From: Callorhinchus milii
Taxonomy: Eukaryota
Length of the DNA: 64,000 nucleotides
Assembly: GCF_018977255.1 (NCBI RefSeq)
Contig: NW_024704742.1
Coordinates: 8,744,001-8,808,000, forward strand
Reading direction: 5' to 3'
The position numbers and the translations under genes were made by a program. Positions 11,601 to 26,600 of the stretch are shown here, piece by piece (within the stretch, counting starts at the first letter, position 1; the number at the start of each line of letters is the position of its first letter). Below the pieces are notes generated by a model. The model had not been told where the DNA came from and searched no databases. It saw nothing but the letters and a program-made list of their open reading frames with translations.

Positions 11601-14600
11601 AGAACATATAATCCATATCAAATGCTGAGAGAAATGACCTTCTGCATATATTACCAGCATTGTAACTGCACTCAGTAAATGCGTTCGTTCCTACCTTGGA
11701 CCAAATAAAGCTGTGCTACCGTCATCTTGATTTCAACTGTGTTCTCTGGATGCTGTTGCAAGAACTCCTTCAAGCCAAACACAGTTAGGAGCGTAAGAAA
11801 TAACAGGAACTGGAAAAAAAGCTATGCAGCAGCGTCTCCCAACGTGAAAAGCACTATACAAATGTGATTTTGTTGTTGTTGTTGTCTCGGTAATATAGGT
11901 CAACGAGTTTGCATAGTCGAGCCTGGATGTTACGAATGCGTACAAGAAGGTCTCGGCAACCTGCGGTGTGAGACAGTAGTGGAGCCGGGCAATGTTGCGG
12001 AGGTGAGGGGAGGCAGAGTGGGTCATTGAACAGATGTGGGGTATGAAGGACAGTTGAACAACACTACACTGACCCACCTTCACTCTGACCCCCACTGACC
12101 CAGTTCCACTCAGACCCCCACTGACCCAGCTCCACTCCCAGACCAAACTCACCATTGCTCAAGCTTCTCTCTCAGACACCCCAGCTGCTTCTAACCACTC
12201 CCTGATCATGACTTGGCTCCCAGGCAATTTGACCCACTAGTCCTGACACTGTCAATCCTGACACTGCCTTCAGTACAACTGAATCCTATTCCAATTCTCT
12301 TCTTGATCCATATATTTATTTGTATCCACATATTGACAAGAAAACCCTTTCTGTTGTGTGTGATTTACCTGCAGGAGCTGAGAAGCCTTCATGTGTTGCT
12401 TCTCGCGACACAGTTGTGCTGCTTGTATTAACACTGGCAAAGGAGTCCCTGGATTTTGTTTCTGCAAACTCAGTGTTAGCTTCCGACACTGTTCAGCCTA
12501 ATTGCAAGGGGAAAAAATTACATTTAATGTTTTACTTTTCTTTAAATTGTAATCACATTAGAGGAAACAGCAATTATCACAACTTTTGATAAGTTAACAA
12601 GAAACTCAATCCATCAACGATACACTGTGACCCAGTTATAACACTCTTCTTACAGCATACAATCATAGAATATTACAGTACAGAAGAAGACCATTCGGCC
12701 CATCTTGCTTGTGCCGGCTCTTTGGAGGAGCTATCCAATCAGTCCCACTCTCCCACTACCGTAGCTGCTCTGGCTTAATTCCAGGGCCCAATTCAGCAAA
12801 GCATTGAAATTAAACAACAACAACAACAAGATTCCATTTATAAAGCGCCTTTCACGTCAGGAGGACGTCCCAAGGCGCTGCACAGTTGGGTCATGACCCG
12901 AGCAGGGGGGAAATGGTCAGGGTGAGGGGAGGGAAGGGAGGGAGCGAGGAGGGGGGAAATGGTCAGGGTGAGGGGAGGGAAGGGAGGGAGCGAGAGGGGG
13001 GAAATGGTCAGGTGAGGGGAGGGAAGGGAGGGAGCGAGGAGGGGGTAGAGAGTCGAGAGGGGAGCTGAAGGCTCGGTCAAAGAGAAAGGTTTTGAGACCG
13101 GCCTTGAAGGAGGAAAGGGAGGAGGCGGCGAAGGCACTGGGGGATGGAGTTCCAGAGCCTGGGGCTGAGAGGCTGAAGGCCCGACCACCGATGGTAGGGC
13201 GGTTGGGGCGGGGGACGTGGAGCAGACCGGAGCCAGAGGAACGGAGGGTACGGGCAGGTAGGTAGGGGGATAGTAGGTCGGAGAGGTAGGAGGGAGCAAG
13301 GCCGTGAATGGCCTTGTAGGTGAGGATGAGGATCTTGAAATCAATCCTCTGGGGGATGGGGAGCCAGTGGAGGCGAGCGAGGGTGGGAGTGATGTGGTCC
13401 CGAAGCCTGGTGCGGGACAGTACACGAGCTGCAGAGTTCTGAATGACCTGCAGCTTGTGGAGGGAGGTGGCGGGAAGGCCGGCGAGGAGAGAGTTCCCAT
13501 AGTCCAGCCTTGAGGTGACAAAGGCGTGAACCAGGGTTTCAGCAGCGTGAGGGGTGAGGTAATGCCGTAGTCTGGCGATGTTCCGGAGGTGATGGAAGGC
13601 GGTGCCAGTTGTGGTGCGGATGTGAGGGAGAAAGGACAGCTCAGGGTCGAACAAAACGCCGAGGTTCCTGACTGGCTTTGAGAGGTGGAGAGTGCAGCCT
13701 TGGATGCTGATGGTGTCAGCGCCTGAGGTGCGGAGGCGCTGACGTGAGCCAATCAGGAGGGCCTCGGTTTTTCGCACGTTGAGCTGAAGAAAGTTGTCTC
13801 TCGTCCAGGACTCGATGTCGGACAGGCAGCTGTCAGGACATCGGTGGTCGTGGAGTTGAGAGTAGAGGAGGAAAGGTAGAGTTGGGTGTCATCCGCATAC
13901 ATGTGGAAGTTAACTCCATGTCTGCGGATGATGTCACCGAGGGGGAGCATATAGAGGGTGAAGAGGAGGGGACCGAGGACAGAGCCCTGAGGGACACCAC
14001 ATGAGACAGTACGGGGGGTGGAGGAGAAGCCATTCGTCGAGACAAAGTGAAGACGGTGAGAAAGGTACGACCTAAACCATTCAAGGACAGTGCCTTGAAG
14101 GTTGAGGTGGGAGGACAAGCGGTGGAGTAGGATAGCGTGGTCGACCGTATCGAATGCTGCCGATAGGTCGAGGAGGACGAGGAGACAGAGGGAGCCCTGG
14201 TCACAGATGGTCAGGATATCATTGGTGACCTTGACCAGGGCAGTTTCTGTGCTATGGGCAGCACGGAAACCTGACTGAAGGGGTTCGAAAAGAGAATGGG
14301 TGGAAAGGAAAGAGCGCAGTTGGGAGGCGACAACTCTTTCCAAGACCTTGGAGAGAAAGGGGAGGTTGGAGATGGGCCGGTAGCTTGATAGCTGCGACGC
14401 ATCAAGGGAGGGTTTTTTCAGGGTGGGCGTGATGATGGCAGTTTTTAATGGAATGGGGACAGAGCCAGAGGAGAGGGACAGGTTGATGATGTCAGTGATA
14501 TGTGGGGCAAGAAAGTGGAGCTGGGAGATAAGGAGTGGAGTGGGGATGGGGTCAAGGGAGCAGGTGGTTGGTTTTAGGGATAGGATGAGTTCAGTGACAG

Positions 14601-17600
14601 AGGGTGGGGAAACGGGTACGAAGGTGTGTAGGGGAGGATGGGTAGGAGTCGGAGTGTGGGAGGGAAGGGGTGGGTGGTGGGTGGAAGTTGGAGGGGAAGT
14701 GACCGCGGAGCGGATTCCCTTGATCTTGGATTCAAGGAAATCCAGCATCTCCTCGCAGTGAAGGTTGGAGGAGATGACCTGCGCGGGGTGGCGGGGGGGA
14801 CGGAGGAGTCGGGTTGTGGCCAGAGGGAGAGGAGTTCAGAGGACTCCAAGGCATCGGTTAGGGATTGTGGGGGGTAACTTCTTCCAAGGGCGGTAGAAGA
14901 TGGTGGTGGGTCTGGTGGAGGTGGGGAGGGGAGTGGAGGTGGTGAAGGAGATGAAGTAGTGGTCAGAGATGGCCTTGTCGGTAATAGTGACATCCGAGAC
15001 ACTGAGGCCCCGGGTGATCACCAAATCGAGTGGGTGGCCGTGACTGTGAGTGGGGGAGTTTATGTGTAAGGAGAGGTTGAGTGAAGAGAGCAGGGAAGAG
15101 AAGTCTGTGGAGATGGAGCAGGAGGGTGTGAAGTGTAGGTTAAAGTCGCCCAGGATGATGAGGCGATCAGAGCAAAGGCAAAGAGATGTGAGGAGTATTG
15201 AAATGTCAGAGATGAAGGTGGGAGAGGTTTTAGGGGGCCGGTAGAGGAGGAGGATTTTAAGGGAGAGGAATGAGGGGTGGGAGAGGGTGAGGTGCTCAAA
15301 GGAGGGGAAAGAGCCAGTGGAGTAGGGGGATAGGGCAAGTGGTGTCCTTGAGATAAGGGCAACACCACCGCCACGGCGGTTGGGGCGGGGGATGTGGTGG
15401 GAGGTGTAGCCGGGTGGTGTAGCCTCCGTGAGGGGAAGGTGTCGCCTGGGGTGAGCCAGGTTTCTGTTAAGGCCATGATATCAACGCTCTCATCAAGGAT
15501 GAGATCGTTGATGACCAGGGCCTTGTTCCAGAGGGAGCGGACATTTTGCAGTCCTATGTGAAGGGAGCGGTTGACAGAAGGGTGTGTGGGAGGGGAGGGA
15601 GCTCCAGGTTGTGAGGCAGGGGTGGGGGGAATGGGGATGAGGGAGGAGAGGTTGACTCCCCGGGTCTGTGCCCGGGGTGGGTGGCGAGTGTGGTGGGGAA
15701 TGGGGCAGTCGGTGTGGCTGCTGCTGGACAGCCAACGCCGAGCGCCGCGGTGCGCCCGGCGGAGGATTCCCAGGGTGGAACAGAGGGAGGTTGTGGGAGG
15801 GTCAAGTGGGGATAGAAGGCGAGAGGGACGGAGAGAGAGGAGGAGATACCCACAATTTTACATCTGTATAGGCTATTGCTTATCATGGTGATGGGTTTTG
15901 CCTCTGGGTTAGGTTTTGGGTTCAAGACCCACATCACAGTCTAGGTTGACAATCCAGTGTCCTTCAATAAGACATTAATTTATGTGAGAAAAACAGAGAG
16001 AGGATTCAAAGTGGATGTAGTTGTTATTTTACCTGATTTGTGTGCATGGCTAATAAAGCCTTGTTGATTTCCACTGTCTGCAGTTGTTTCTTGGTGAGCT
16101 TATGTTCCACCCCTTCTGTGTTGGTCAGTTTCACTTTTTTCTTTGAATCAAAAACATTTTGGTCCTGCAAGAAACCATTTCAAGAATTAAACAGAAGGGT
16201 CAAATTGCAAATGTGAAACTGGCAATCGTAATTTACAAAGATCGTTTTATTAAAAAAACAAGATGTACGGAGAGGAGAGGAAGGCCTCACCTCAGTTTAG
16301 AGTTAATCGTGGACAGCTAGACAATTTTTTATTTTAATTTGATGAATGTGAAGTCAGAATGGAAAGTAACAGTCTAATGAGATAACTTGATTTTGCACAA
16401 AAAGCCAGGTTCAAGTGAAAGTGATGACACTTGGAATATTGCTCTGTGCAACTCCTGTGTTTTCTATTAAAAGTCCTGTTTCTCTCCCAGATTTGCAGAA
16501 GCAAAAGCTCAGGAGTAACTAGGTCTCAGCTCTCAGTGGAAGATCATGACAGCAGAAATACTAAATAAAGAAATAAATGTCTCAAGGACACGTTAGCTGA
16601 TGTGATTGTGGTTATTGGAAAATAAGATATTGTGTTTGGTGAAGTAAACAATGCTGGAAATAATCTAAAAATTACAATATAATAATGTGGTCACTCAATC
16701 CGCGACTGTTTATGGGACGTCGCTGTGCGCAATTGGCTGCCACGCTTCGCCCACAAAGCAGTCGCTACACTTTGCAGTATATCCTATGAAGCGCTTTGAG
16801 ACACCTTGACAATGTGACAAGGCGCTATATCAAATGTAAGGATTATTATTATTACCATCTTTATTCCCAGTTTTACTGAGAAACACAACAATGATTATGA
16901 TTGACAGCTAGCGCACAGAGCAAAGAGACGGGAGAAAAGACCGCACCTCATCAAGACAGAGGTGGCAAATGGGGATTGGCACAAGAACCTTCTGCCTCTT
17001 TCTCATGGTATAAATTTTTCTGAACAAAGTTGCACTCCCGAAAATGCACAGATGCAGACCCTGAGATAGCAACTGTGGAAATCTACAGACCATTTAAGCG
17101 GTCAGTTCTCTTTACAAAGTACAATTGTATAACATTGTACATTTTGTGCAAAAAAAAAACAGCAGAACCTCCAGTTTCAGAACATCAATAAATCATAAAC
17201 ATAAACCGTGCAATCCAAGTGTCATCACCTTCACTTGAACCTGGCTTTTTGTGCAATAAACAGCAGCACAAGTTATCTCATTAGACATTAGACTGTTACT
17301 TTCCATTCTGACTTCACATTCATCAATTTAAAATAATTGAAACCAAATGGTGGTGAATTTTTCATGGCGATTCAGAGTGATGTTTGCAGTGAAGAGCAAC
17401 ATACCTGTAAAAACTAGGACTTGTAACAGAAGCTTTTAATAAATATGATGCCAAACACCCCAGGCTGGCCGGAGGACCATGTGTGCAGGGTGGGGGGGTA
17501 ACAGCTAGGTATGAATTCCGAATACCTGTAAACTGGTGATTTACTATAGTGCCTGTCACATGTCACATTGCTTCGGGAGGCCGTCCCAAGGGCTGGTCAG

Positions 17601-20600
17601 TCCAGGGTTTGCACCCTGACATCTGCACTTCCACCGCCTGCATTCTCACCCACACTAAAGACCATATCTCCATTACCCCAGTCCTTGTCAAACTCCATTG
17701 GCTCCCTGTCACAGAGTGTGAAGGGCGCTATATAAATCCAAGTTGTTGTTATCGTTGAACTTAATCAAATTCTGACCAAGGCAAATACGTGACAGCGCTC
17801 TCACTCTCCACTAAGTCCACCCTGAACACATCAGGACAATGAATTACCTTGTTTAGTGTAATAATGTTATTGGCAGTCACAGCCAGGAGTCCAACATCTG
17901 AGGGCCTGCAGAGGAAGGAATAAAATGCAGTTGACTCTCTTAGTTCACTCAGAATGACTTTACATAAGAACATAAGAAATGCTAGACAAAAAAAAAGACC
18001 AAGGTCCATCTAGTTCACCTTCCATCTTCCTGGCGGGCGCATGCACACACGACCCAAACTACCGATGTGCTACATCCCATAATGTTATTTCCTGAAAGAA
18101 AACTATCTCATCTGTGTTAGAAGGAATCAACATTTCCTGCTTTAACCGTCTCCCTCGGGAGCCTGTTCCACAGGTTTACTATTCGCTCACTGATATAGCG
18201 TTTCCGTAGAATAAGAGTCCCTGAGAGTGAGATTTCACACCATGTGTGTTGCTTACTTCAGTTTGATGACTTGATTGTAGAGCTGCAAAGCCTCATCTGT
18301 TCGCCCCTGAAGCTGCATTACATATGCCATCTGAGCGTGGATTATAGCCAACTCAGCATCAATGTCCTCATCAGTCATATCCTGCACAAGGTAGCCACCA
18401 GTCAGTTATGAGGGCAAGATTTTACAATATTTCAGGAGAGAAAAACACACTCAATTGTTTAAAGTGAGATCAAGATTTTGAAACATTTTATAAAGCATCT
18501 TGAAGCGCTCCGAGACATCATTTGGTGCAACGAGCGCTATATAATTGCGTTCTTGTTGATAACAAGATGAAACACACTGTATCCCAACGTTCCCATCAAG
18601 CTTATCACCAGAAAGTAGGTCCCAGAATCTTAGTTAAGATTAACTATTACAATAATAATAATTACATTCCAATCAATTTAATTGACCAGAAAAGATGATA
18701 TAGGACAGCAAATGGGTTTAAATCAGTGACAGTGAGTTTGTACTCTTGATTCCCACATAGATTCAGAGAATCTTACAGTGCAGGAGGCCATTTGGCCCAT
18801 TGTGCGTGTGTCGGCTCTTCAGAAGAGCTACCAACTACCAACTCCCCATATCCTTGCAAATTTTTCCTCTTCAACTACCTATCAAATTCCCTTTTGAAAG
18901 TTGTTATTGAATCTGTTCCCACCACCCTTTCAGGCAGTGCATTCCAGACCGTCGCAACTCTCTGAGTAAAAACTTTTTGGGGGGCAATAATCTTGATTCT
19001 ATGTCCCCTGGTTACCGACCTACCTCCATTAGAAACAGTTCTCCCTATCTACTCTATGAAAACTCCACATAATTTTGAACACCTCTATTAAATCTCCCCT
19101 CAACCTTCTCTGCTCTAAGGAGAACAATTCCAGCTTCTCTAGTCTCTCCACATAACTAAAGTCGTTCATCCCTGGTACCATCCTGGTAAATCTCCTCTGC
19201 ACCCTCTCCAAGGCCTTGAGTGTGGTGCCCAGAACTGGACACAATATTCCTCCTGAGGCCTAAACAGTGATATAAAAGTTTAGCAGAACTTCTTTGTTTT
19301 TGTATTCTATGCCTCTATTTATAAAGCCAAGGATTCCAGATTTTTTTTTTAACAGCTCTTATCAACCTGTTCTGCCACCTTCAGAGTGTGTGGATTATTG
19401 TCCTTCATGACGTTTCTAAGCCTAGCATCACCATTGTGAGAGGAAGCAGTCTTTTCCCTGCAAGGAATGGATATAGATGTTACCTCCAGCCACTCTCAGC
19501 ACCTTCTAAGAAAGCATTAGCAGAGGTCTAAACATTACGTGGGCATAGGTCAGAAACTGATTAGGGGGAAAGGAACAGTCCAGAGTTTGCACCCTGACAT
19601 CTGTAAGGGGAAGGGAGGCACATATACTGTAAACTGAGCTAGACAAGCATTCACACTTCTGTGGGGCTGAAGGAGAATAATTTAATAAACTACTATTTCT
19701 ATTTCTGAATGTTGTGCAGATTTGGTCAACTCATGAAAAACCTTGTCCCATTTACAAGGTATTAATAAAAGGTGGTAAACATCAGGGATTAGGTATTACA
19801 GAGGATTTGAAAAGTCCTTTCACTCTGGGGTTAGGTTCAAATCCAGCTGGTGTGATGAAAGTCTCTCTGCATAGTTGTGGGCTACTCCCCATCGACGAAC
19901 GGATCAATTTCAAGATCCTCACACTCATTTTCGAATCGCCCTGGCATCTCCCTACTTCTCTGACCTACTTACCCCCTAATCCACAACCCGCAGCCTCCGC
20001 TCGACTGGCACCGGCCTTCCCTCGTGCCCTCCGTTCCACTATTGATGGCCGCACTTTCAGCCACTACCCCCTAAAACTCTGGAACACTCTCCCCCTATTG
20101 CTCTGCCTTGCCCCCTTGCTTCCCCATGTTCAGGTTGCGCCTGAAGACCTTCCTATTTGACCTGTGCTTACGGTCACCTCCCTCTCCCCCAGCTCAGCGT
20201 CCTGCTCCACCACTGTCAAGCGCTCTGGGAAGCTACCCTGCATGAGGGGCGTTGTATAAATGCAAGTTGTTGTTGAAATTAGTTTTGGTAATTTGAATCC
20301 AGATCTGACCGGACGTTGGACCACAGGATAAAGCCGACCCTAATTCAACAAAGTCCTTGGAGAGATTGCAATAAGATTTGCTTCTCTGCGAAGTGGGAAC
20401 AATCTACCACCCTGGATCATGTTAGCAAGTTCCCATGAGGATGAACAGAATAAAGAGTTTTACTCAACAGTACTCGCATTAATCCTCTTGGAAAAGGCAG
20501 TATTCAGACCCTCAAAATAAAAACAATATAGACTTGTTGATCACAAGTTGTATGTTTATGTGCCATCAAGTTTCCAGTTCTCCTTAAAACTGCCAAGAGG

Positions 20601-23600
20601 TACGAGTCTATTGAAAAATCCTCTAAAAGACTGCTGTTCATGTTGGTGACAAGAAGCAACTAGAACAAAATATTGTGCAATTGCACAATCAAATAGTTCA
20701 ATAAAACACTGAAAATGAAATGGGCCACACAAACAAGAATGTTTAATGATCCCTAGAGCTACTAAAGTTACTGATTTTTGGAGGCATCAAGACTCCAGTC
20801 TCTCATTTGCATCTTTTATTAAACTATTCAAACACAAGAATGAGCAATATTTGTTGTAGGTAGGTTCTTGGAGTCCTTGGTCATTAGAGTACTGTAACTC
20901 AGTAGTTAAGAGTACTCGCCTCGCAAGCAAGAGTTCCTGGGTTCGATTCCCGGTAGGGTGAAACTGGGCAAGTTACTTACTCCACACGCCGTAGTTTACC
21001 TAGCAGTAAGTAGGAACCTAATTAACAAGTTCCTTGGAGAGATAGCAGTTGTTAGTCGATTGGCGGATCGCTTTTCTGGGGGGTAATAATCCCTTCAATA
21101 AATAAATAAACAATAATTCGGTCACTTAATCCATGACCGTTTGTGAGACACTGCTGTACGCAATTGGCTGCTGAGTTTTGCCCACAACATATACAGGCAA
21201 TTTACTTTACAGTATATTCGTCTTGAAGACCTGATAAGGCGCTACATCAAATGCAAGGATTATTATTATTATGTACATGACTACAATATTGTGAAACTCA
21301 TTAGACTACAATGTTTTGGCACTTTCTTAATCAGTTCTCCCTGGAATATTCTCCAAAGACTCTCGAAGCATATGCTACAGATCTATTTGCAGATACTTCG
21401 GATACCAATGATAATTCGAGCACCAAAACACAGAATTTTACCCCAAACAAACTTGTCTGCCTTTCACCCCCCACTCCTCCCCACCGCCTTGCTCAATCAG
21501 TTACATTGCTATTGTGCAAACAATCAGCCAGGAGCAAAGGTAAATGCAGTGAGATTGAGAAGAACCATCATAACAAATACTCACAGTATCTTCAGAAAAT
21601 GACTGACGGCACAATTCTGAAATAAAAGAAGTGCGATTATAAAACACAAGAGTTCTCTAGAAACATTTAATGACCATATCTAATGTTTTTCAAAACTCTG
21701 CTGCTCGCATTCTCTCCCGCACTAAACTCCGTACCTCCATTACCCCAGGTCGTCAAACTCCATTGGCTCCGTCACAGAGCAGATCAATTCAAGATCACCC
21801 CCCGCCCCCATCTCTCCAACCTGCTCTCTTTCTACACCACTACCTGCTGCCTCTGCTCAATTGGAAACTATCTCCTCTTGTCCCCTGGACCCTCTGCCTC
21901 ACCATCGGCAACCGTGCTTTCAGCCACTACACCCCGAAGCTGTAGAACTCTCTCCCTCAATCCCTCAGCCTTGCCCCCTCTCCCCATTTTCAGGTCACGC
22001 TTGCAAACCTTCCTCTTCGACCATGCCTACGGTCACTTTCCCCTCCCCCTGGCTCGTCATCGATCTCCGCCACTATTAAGTGCTCCAAGACTCCATCCGG
22101 CGTGAAGGGCGCGATATAAATCCAAGTTGTTGTTGTTATGACCCCTACAGCAGGTCCTAATATTTTACCTTCAGCTTCCTGAAGTTTCTTCATAGCTTTG
22201 GCTAGCTTGCCTTCACCAATCAAAGTACAAGCGGCATTGTAACACAGCTCATAGGAAGTCTCAGGTAAGCCCAAATCTTCCTGTGAAATAAAATAAAAGT
22301 GTGTCTCACATTATTTTTTCCCCAAAAGAACCTGATTGAATACATTAGCTCCTAAAACGTCAACTTCTCACAAAGTTCAGATATCGCAGACAACATACTC
22401 CATGTTGTATTTTCTGTCGCCTCCATTCTTACTAATCTGCGTAATTCACTAAGTAATGGTCATCTTACCCTCATGCTCACTCGGTCATTAACTTACAAAA
22501 TACAGTCAATCCACTTTACAGTATATCGTGTGAAGCGCTTTGAGACGTCTCAACGACATGATAAGGAGCTAAATCAAATACAAGCATTATTATTTTAGCT
22601 TAGGAAAGCGTCAGCAGCCAACAATACAATTGGGCACACAATGGCTGATGCCTAACCGATATCATGGATGCATTTTCTAGCCAAAATCACCAGATAATAG
22701 TAAGGTGCAGGAACCCTCACGGTTAGTTTTAGCTCTGGGTAATACTAGCAGCCTGCTACTGCAACTACTGTGTCAGCCTGCCTCAGTGATAGTAATCTCA
22801 CAAGGGAAGTAAATAAAACATAAAAATAGTGATATATAGAATTTCAATACCATAAAGACCTCCTTGGGGGGGTTATGGTGCTAATGATTGTCCTTCTCCT
22901 GCCAGAACACCAAAGCCGAACTTTGATTCAGGTTCATAGATAAGAAAGTCACCGGGCTTGTGTTAAAAAGCTTTTCTCTCAATGGAGACACTGGTGTCCT
23001 GTGCTGGAACTCTACACATAGATTTCAGGTGGGAAACAGAATTAATCTTGACTGTGTGCCTTCGCACATTTAAACTGCCTGCTGTGATTCAGTGAGAAGT
23101 CTCACACATGAAAAAAATAGTCACTCAAATGAGGTAATAACAATTTACACTGTGATACTTACTGGAGAGGAATTCTCCCAGGTACTTAATGCTGCCACAA
23201 CAGCAGACAAGTTAGTCTTCCTTTCCTCCTCATAGTCATCTTGCGAGTTTCGAATCAAGTCTCGATAAACTGACAAACATTCCTCGTACCGTTCCAACCT
23301 GTATAACTGAAGTTACAAATACCCACGTAAAGTAACAGCTTAACAAAAGGCTACAGATAGATTTTGATCAATAATTGGCCAAAGGAAGCAAGATCATTAG
23401 AGCTAACAAAATTATAAGCACAGCTTTCCTTTTTGGTGTGTTCTGCATAAGTGTGAGGTTATTTTTGAACAGTTAATATGAAATAATTCTAGCGTTTGAT
23501 ACAGAGCTTTACCAAGTTGTTGAAACAGCTCAAAAACACTTCACAGGATTTTCTGAGAGGTGTAGGTCGACTGTTCTAGTAGGTGACCACAGCAACCAAT

Positions 23601-26600
23601 GTGCACAGCAATGTCCCAAAAATGGAGCGAGCGACCAATTTTATTTGGGGGATTGTCGGTCAGGACACCGGAGAGAGAAACTCCCTTCTCTTTTCGAATA
23701 GTGCCATGGGATCTTTAACATCCACCTGAACAGGCAGACACGATCTCAGCTTACCATCCCATCCAAAGGACAGCAATCATAAAAATAATAATCCTTGCAT
23801 GTTGTTAGTTGATTGGCGGATTGCTCTAACTTCAAAAAATATATTAAATAAAAAAAATTCAGTTTGTGGGACACTACTGCGCGCAATTGGCTGCCGTGTT
23901 TCGCCCACAAAATATACAGTCAATTCCCTTTACAGTATATTGTCTAATAATAATAATAAATAATAATCCTTGCATTTGATATAGCGCTTTTCACATCTTC
24001 TCGACGTCTCAAAGCGTTTCACAGAATAGACTGTAAAGTGAATTGACCGTATATTTGTGGGCAAAACGCGGCAGCCAATTGCACACAGCAGTTTTTTTTG
24101 GAGGGATTATCATTCTTTGTAATATAGAGAGAGTATAAGGGGGGAAAGAGAGTGATTGAGAGAGGGGGAGAGTGTGTGTGTGAGAGAGCGAGAGATGATA
24201 GTGGAAGAGAGAGGGTGAGATTGAGAGAGAGAGGGAGAAGAGGAGAAAAGCATAAAGAATGAGAGAGCACAGAGAGAGACGTGAGGACAGTTTCATAGTC
24301 ACTGTCAGGACAGACGATTGGAGCCTCCCTCAGCCGCAGCGGGGGGGGGGGGGGGGGGGAAACAGACGAGGACAGACACTGGGTGATTAGCCGTAGTTTC
24401 CTCACAGATAACTCCCTTTCCCCAGTGACAAACTCCTCCACGTCCTTCATCCCCTTCTCCCTATCCTACCTCTGCGATCTCCCGACCAAGCTGTTCCTTT
24501 GCCCAGTAAAGGTCGGCTTGCTCCATGTCTCCCCACCCATCTGCCCCCGCTCTCTGGACCTCCATTCCTGGAGTCCCTCTGATTTCCTCCCTCCCTCCTC
24601 TTTCAAGGCACGTCAAGACCTAACTCTTTGACCACATCTTTTCCTCTCCCCAAACCCACCTCTCGGCACCCACCCCCAACTCAGGTGCTCAACCGACAGT
24701 GTTAAGATGTCCTTCTGCATGAAAAATGTGCTGGGTAAATGTTACAATTCTGGAAGGGAAAGATAAAATATTGTTTCTGGGGCCCACAGACCGTTCTCAA
24801 ATAGGGAATGCGGCCTGCAGCAGCCAAACGGTTGGAGTTAAATAATTGTAAAAGAATGTTTACGTACCACTTGTCCATATAGTTCCTTTAATTTATCACT
24901 GTGCTTCTCAACGCTTTCAATAGTCTTCAATGCGTTTTCAACTCTGTTCAGTCTGTATTCACAGTACGCCTTCTCGAAAGCTATTAGATCACTGTGATCA
25001 GGCAACAGGAGAGAGAAGATATGAGATATTATCTCAACTATTAGATTTTTTTTTGAATCGAGATGACAAAACCAGGATTTAAACAGAGGCAAAATAGAGC
25101 CACAATATATATTTATACAAAATACAGCCACAATATTATATATCTCTTTGCTTCCGCTTTATCTGATTTGCACTAACAAACTTTTTAACTTTTTTAACTT
25201 TTAACTTTTAACTTTTTTTTTAATGAGCTTCTCAGTGTTTCATCAGCAACAGGAACGAGCTCCTGCAACTTCTGGCGTCACAAGATTTTGTTCTACACAA
25301 ACATTTCAGCTGAACTTGTTAGATGGCATCTGATGTGGGCTGCTCCATCTTCCCTATCCATTCCCAAAACTTCAGAATAGTAAGCGCTCCGGGACACTTC
25401 CCCACATGAAAGGCGCTATATAAATGCAAGTTGTTGTTGTTGAACAGAAAAAATAACTATTGTATAAGTTAAATAAAATCAGAATAAAACCAATACAACC
25501 AAAACGGAGACCTATTATTTTCCTGACTTTGCTGTTAAGAAAGTTGTTCCATTCTCGACCATCACAAGGAAGCTATAACGTTTCTCCCCCAAAAGGGGGA
25601 AAACAAAGAACTCCCCTTATAGAAAACACTGCCGTCTATAGTAACGTGATGATACAGTACTCTGTGACCACTCAATCCCCTGAGCTTTAAGCGCTCTGAG
25701 ACACTACCCTGAAGGGCGCTATATAAGTCCAAGTTGTTGTTTCAGACTAATGAGTAAAGCAGCCAGCATTGCCGTTCCTTGTTGCCAGTCACTGGGTGAG
25801 AGTACAGGATATGTTAGCCTTCCCATTGCCCACAATAGCAGTGAGATAATCCTAATCTGTGATATCCTTTTCCCACCACAGCAAACGGCATAAACCTGAA
25901 CTGTGCTCCCCTTTCCTCCGCCTATCAAACAGCACAAGTCTGGGCTGCGACACCCTCCTCACATTGCTCATGCCAACACGTTTTCTACCAGTGCCCCTCA
26001 ATAACTCCAGGTTGCCCCTACTACCCACTTTCAAATCCCACCTAAAGGCCTTCCTTATTGATCGTGCTTATCACGGTCACCTCCCCCCTCCCCCTGGCTC
26101 GTTGTGAGGGCGCTATATAAATGCAAGATGTTGTTGTTGCCTGAACTCATATAGACCATGAATGATCAGAGTACTAAAAACATATTCTTGAGCCGAAAGA
26201 AAGATGATTGCTTTCTACACGCAGAACAAAAGTCCCCAACCTTCAATCTTTTCCACACGAGATTAACATCAGAAAACAATAATGAACTTTTTTTTTTAAA
26301 CACTGAATTAATTTGCAGAGCATATGGTTTAATCACGAAAAATTTCACTTTCTGATATCAGCGTTACCATATCATACCATTTCGAACAGCGTTAACAGTG
26401 TTAAACCCACTGTTCTTCCACAAAATAAAGCAAATCAAAGGTGAGCAGTTCAATAATGGCTGATAATTTTGCAGTAAATATTAAGGCTTTCTATTTCACT
26501 TTCTATTTAATGAAGGCTATTTGCCGACTAGTTTTGAACATTTGTGCCTCACCTGGTAAGGACTTTGGTGTGCGTATGGATTACATTAAGAGCTTCCTTA

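Noticed and set aside
12812..15846. Active autonomous L2
   Set aside because: Both copies share a frameshift after [14 protein letters not shown], copy A has a 322-nt deletion, and no ORF1 or clear TSD is visible.
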